64,000 nucleotides of DNA from the human T2T-CHM13v2.0 reference genome, Homo sapiens. Below, piece after piece: positions 58,615 to 64,000 of the stretch. Where the stretch lies: NCBI RefSeq assembly GCF_009914755.1, contig NC_060945.1; one strand, written 5' to 3'. The notes beneath the pieces are model-generated. The model had not been told where the DNA came from. It saw only the letters and a list, made by a program, of their open reading frames with translations, and did no database searches. The position numbers and the translations under genes were made by a program. Position 1 is the first letter of the stretch. Every line of letters starts with the position of its first letter.

Positions 58615-61600
58615 CTCCTTTCCTAAAAAGTACAACTGGAATTCATTCTTGTTGTTCACAACCAAAGACCCCTGCCTGATGCCCCCCACCCGCGGGTGGT
58701 CCTGGGCTGCTCCCACGCCACGAGGTCCCTGTCCTTCCCAGGAGTCCTGGCAGCCCTGCACCAGCCTCACCACACGGATGTCCGAGGGGTAGGCAGGACT
58801 GAGGGATGGGAGAGGCGAGGGATCCAACAGCAGCGCCTGCCCTGGATGGGGCTGCTTTGGGGCCTCCCCAGAAACTGGGTTGTGTCCAGCCCCTGGCTCC
58901 AGAAAGGAAACCCCATGGCCGTGTGCAGAACGGGTCCACACGGTGGGCGGGGACGGCCATCCTGAGGGCCGGGCTGGCCCTTGGCTGGCGTCTGGGAACT
59001 GGGATTTCCGAGGGGCTCCCCCCGGCCCCGCCTCACTGGGCCTGAGCTGTTTGTACCATGTGCTTTAGGCCGAACACCCACATCCCTGCTGGGAGTCTGG
59101 AATTCTGGCGTAGCCCAGGCAGAAGCTGCTCACGTGACCAGTCCCCGGGTACATCACCGGGCAGGGCATCCCCAACATCGCAGGCGTGGCGTCCCAGCTG
59201 CTTGCAGGGGAGTGAGGCGCATCCTGCGTGACCCCCACCCCAGGAGAGGCCTCCAAAGCTGAGCCTGGTGCCCCTGGACTCGGCCCCAGGAACCTTTCCC
59301 TTGGTCGATTTTGCTCAGTGTCCTCTCTGTGGGAAATCACAGCCGTGAGTACCACAACCTGCGTGGCCTGTATCCTCCTGGAGAATCGCCGTCTTGGGGA
59401 CCCTGACACAGACCCCAAGCTGCCCTTCCCAAGCAACGACAATGCTGTCCTAGGACAGTGCTGGGTGCATTTCTGGTAGTGCTTCCTTTGACTCCTGCTC
59501 CAGAGGGGGTGGAGACAGAAGGAGGCTGGGTGAGGCCAGGCCATCGTGGGTTTCATGAGGAGCAGAGCCGTCCTGCGCCTGCAACGAGCTGTCCCTCCCC
59601 TGTGGTGGCCACAGAGGCTGTGGCCTGAAACTCTGGCGTGGGGCTGGAGCACCAGCTGGCAAGGAATAAGCCCCCACATGTCCCACCTGGCACTCCTCTG
59701 CCCCTACCCCGGCCCCTGTGCAGAAGAAATGAGCCAGGCTTCTCTCTGGCACCAGGGCTACACCCTAAGTCAGCATCCCAGGCTTTGCGTCACTGGCTCC
59801 CCTCTGGTTCTCCAGGAGGTACCAAGGGGACCCTGTGGTGAGTCCCCCAACTACAGGCACCTGAATCCCACAGACGGCAAGATGGAGGGGACTTGCTCAG
59901 AGAAGCACGTCCTCCTCTGTGGATCCCAGACTTGGCTCCTCCCCTAGGCATGGCCCCAGCAAGCATCCAGGCATGTGAGCCTCTGGGGAAACACGCCCCC
60001 CACGCCCCAGGTGTGAACTTCAGGGGAGGTGTGCTGTGGGGCAGAAACATCAAGTTCCCTTCCAAGGGCAACAGGTGGAACTTCAGAACCTCCTGCAAGA
60101 GGAAGGGCGTGCCAGGGTGGCTGAGCAGAGAGAAGCAGCCTCCTCCAAGGGGCCATTCTCAGCCGCACCACAGAAGCTGATGGTGGCTGAAACTGCCCTG
60201 TGTCACCTGGACATTCACCATTTGCCCTGGTCAACAATGCCTACCGCCATCCCTGGTGAAAGAACCAATATCTCACAAAAAATGCAAAAGGCACAAATCA
60301 TTAGAGAAAATACTGACAATCTTGAATGCAGCAAAATGCACACAAAAGCATAAGCACACAATCAAAGTTTCCACCAATCCCATCCCAGAGAAGCCACCTG
60401 TGGGGCATCACGGGGAGACTGCGGGCTCACTGTCTCCCTCCTGGGCACGTGGGCTGGCAGGTTCCAGCCACCTGCAGTTAGTTAGGGCCACATGATGAGT
60501 TTCTATTGGTTAAACGTGCATGGAGAGATGTCTGCCACTTCCACGCCACAGGTTGTGGGAGCCCTGCTGCCTCTCTTCCTTGCCGGGCTATCTTGGAGGC
60601 TCACGTGCCAGAGAGTGGGTCCACAAGGTAGGGGCGCAGCATGCTTGGATGGCAATGTGAGGAGTGGGGAAGGCCTTGTGGGCTTAAGCCATTGACATGT
60701 TGACTTCTGTTGGTTTCTGAACCAGCATTGATGACCTTCACCCACAGTATGTAACAAAAGATTCAAATTCAGAATTTATAAAGAAAACATAAAAAGAAAC
60801 GAATAAAAGAGATGGAAATACGCAATTATAGGATAAGATGTCCAATGGCCAAAAATCACAGGATAAGATAGCCAATCTCACCTACCATCGAGACACCATG
60901 CACAAAAATTAACTAGGGGTGAACCCTAGACTTACATGTCAAAGATAAGATAATGAGATCTCTATATAAGATCACATCATCAGCAGAGACAGTCTCACTT
61001 CTTTCTTTTCTATTCAGTACCTTTTATTTCTTTTTCTTGCCTAATTGCTCTGGCTAGAACTTCCAGCACCACGTTAAATAGAAGTGACAAGAGTGGGCAT
61101 CCTTGCCTTGTTTTTGATCTTAGAGAAAGAGCTTTCAGCTTTTCACCACTGAGTATGGCATCAGCTGTGGGCTTGTTGCATATGGCCTTTATCGTGATGA
61201 GGTGCGTCTCTTCTATGTCTATTTTCTTGAGAGTTTTAATCATGAATGAATGCTGAATTTGTTCAAATGGTCTTTTGCATCTATTGGGGTGATCATGTGT
61301 TTTTTGTCTCTAATGTTAGTGTGATGTATCACATTTATTGATTTATATATGTTGAACCATTCTTGCATCCCTGGGATAAATCCCACTGGATCATAGTGAA
61401 GGATCTTTTTAATGTGCTGTTGAATTCAGTTTGCTAGTCTTTTTTTGAGGATTTTTGCATCTATATTCGTCAAGGACGTTGGCCTGTAGTTTTCTTTTCT
61501 TGTAAAGACTCTACCTGTTAGTCTTCAAACTATTAGGACTGATAAACAAATTTAATAAAGTTGCAAGTTAAAAAATCAACATACAAAAATTAATAGCATT

Positions 61601-62582
61601 TCTATATACTAACAATGAACAATGATCCAAAAAAGAGATTAAGAAAACAATACCATTTACAATAGCATGTAGAAGAGTTTAGAAAGATATTTAACCAAGG
61701 AGGTGAAAGATCTGTACACTGAAAACTACAAAACATTGATGAAAGAAGTTGAAGACACAAATAAATGGAACAATGTCCCATATTCACGGATTACAAGAAT
61801 TAATATTGTTAAAATGTCCATACTACCTAAAGCTATCTACAGATTCAATGCAATCTCTATCAATTTCAATATCATTTTTACAAATACATAGAAAAGAACA
61901 ATCCCAAAATTCATATGAAACCATAAAAGACTCTGAATAGCCAACACAGTTTTGAGTAGGAAGAACAAAGCTGGAGGCATCACACTCCCTAATTTCAAAA
62001 TACTTTAAAGCTATTGTAATCCAAACACCATGGGACTGACATAAAAATAAACATATCAACCAATGGAATGGGATAGAAATCCCAGAAACAAACCCAAGTG
62101 TTTGTTGTCAATTTATTTCTGACAAAGGTGCCAAGAACAAATGATGGGAAAAGGACAGACTCTTCAATAATCAGTGTTGGGAAAACTCAATATCCATGTG
62201 CAGAAAACTAAAATTGAACCCTCATCTTACATCATATGCAAAAATCAACTCAAAATGCATGGAAGACCTCGGCATAAGACCTGAAATGTGATACTGCTAG
62301 AAGAAAGCATAGTGGAAAATCTCCATTACATTGGTCCAGGCAATTATTCCTTGAATAGGACCCCAAAAGCACACCTAACAAAATAAAACATAGACAAATG
62401 AGATTGCATCAAACGAAAAAGCTGTACAGCCAAGGAGACAATCAACAGGATGAAGAAACAACCCATGGATTGGGAAAAAATATCTGCAAACCATATATTT
62501 GATGAGGGACTACTACTCACAATAAGGAACTCAAACAACTCAGTAGCAAGAAAATAAATAACCCAATCTAAAAATGGACAAA

Positions 62583-62644
62583 CAGCCTGGCAACAGAGCA
62601 AGACCCTGGCTCAAAAAAAAAAAAAAAAAAACTACATAAATAAA
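62583..62644 (+). mobile_element. Severely 5'-truncated Alu (about 30 bp plus tail)
   Basis: CAGCCTGGCAACAGAGCAAGACCCTGGCTC plus poly(A), flanked by TSD TAAAAATGG(A/G)CAAA. Confidence 0.85.
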
Positions 62645-63515
62645 TAAAAATGGGCAAAAGACCTAAACAGACATTTCTCAAAAGAAGCCATTTAAATGGA
62701 CAGCAGGTATATTTTTAAATGCTCAACATCACTAGTCATCAGGAAAATGCACATTGAAGATGCAATGAGACATCACCTCACACTTGTCAGAATGGTTCTT
62801 ATCAAAAAGATGAAAGCGAACAAGTGTTAGGGAGGATGTAGAAAAGAGGGAGTCTTGTACATTGTTGGTGGGAATCTAAATTAGTACAACCACTACGGGA
62901 AACAGTATAGCGGTTCCTCAAAAAACTAAAAATAGAACTTGCCTATGATCCACAAATCCCACTTCTGGTTTTATATCTAAAATAACTGAAATCATTCTTT
63001 TGGGGAGAGGTCTGCACTCCTATGTTCATTTCAGTCTTATTCACAATAGCCTAGGTATGGAATCGATCTCAGTTCATCAATTGATGAATGGATAAAGAAA
63101 GTGTGGCATATATACACAATGGAATACTATTCGGCCATGAAAAGGAGAAAAATTCTGTCATTTGTGACAACTTGAATGGACCTGGAGGACATTATGCTAA
63201 GCGAAATAAGCCAGGCACAGAAAGACAAATGGCATGATTTGTGTCTAGAATCTAAAACTGTCAAACTTAGAAACAGAGAGCAGAAAGGTGGTTACCAGAG
63301 GCCGGGGGCTGCCAGAGGAGAGGAATGGGGAAGGGAGATGTTGATCAAAGGAAACAACCTTTCCATCACACTGGAGGAAAAAGCTTTAGTGACCTACTGC
63401 ATTGCATGGTGACACATAAAAATAATGTGTTGCATACTTCAAAACTGGTAAAAGAATATACTTTTAATTTACCAGAAAAATGGTAAGTTGGTGAGATGAT
63501 GGTTATGTTAAGTAA

Positions 63516-63807
<292 letters not shown>

Positions 63808-64000
63808 TGATTTAATCTTTCTACAATGCATGCACAGGTCAAAACGTCACATTATAGATCAAAACATCACATTATACCTAGTAAATACACACAATTATTA
63901 TTTGTCAGTTTAAAAATTAGTAAATGAACAATGAATGAAATAAAAATAATGAAGCTCTAGAAGCACATATAGGGGAATGTCTTCACGACGTTGTGGTAGG

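Overview
Human (primate) genomic DNA that I recognise as chr21q22.3: part of the hair keratin-associated protein KRTAP10 cluster nested in introns 1-2 of the minus-strand gene TSPEAR. It holds six intronless Cys-rich genes, in order KRTAP10-2(-), 10-3(-), 10-4(+), 10-5(-), 10-6(-) and 10-7(+), each with a TATA-like box and an AATAAA, plus TSPEAR coding exon 2 (24189-24409, minus). The rest is mostly L1, Alu, MIR, MaLR/ERV LTRs, DNA-transposon relics and tandem repeats; most short ORFs in the track are noise. I see no wholly new system. The best leads are: (1) a 601-bp, 2-mismatch inverted coding repeat between KRTAP10-4 and 10-6, suggesting gene conversion and possible long dsRNA in TSPEAR pre-mRNA; (2) TGC>TGA stops in KRTAP10-4 and 10-5 followed by still-readable ancestral C-terminal tails; (3) a fixed-spacing ETS-like/AACA/TATA promoter module shared by all six genes and shortened by about one helical turn in 10-6; (4) an 82-bp inverted templated insertion; (5) several apparently non-reference coding alleles. 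Gene names, repeat subfamilies and reference comparisons come from memory and alignments were by eye, so they need database confirmation.
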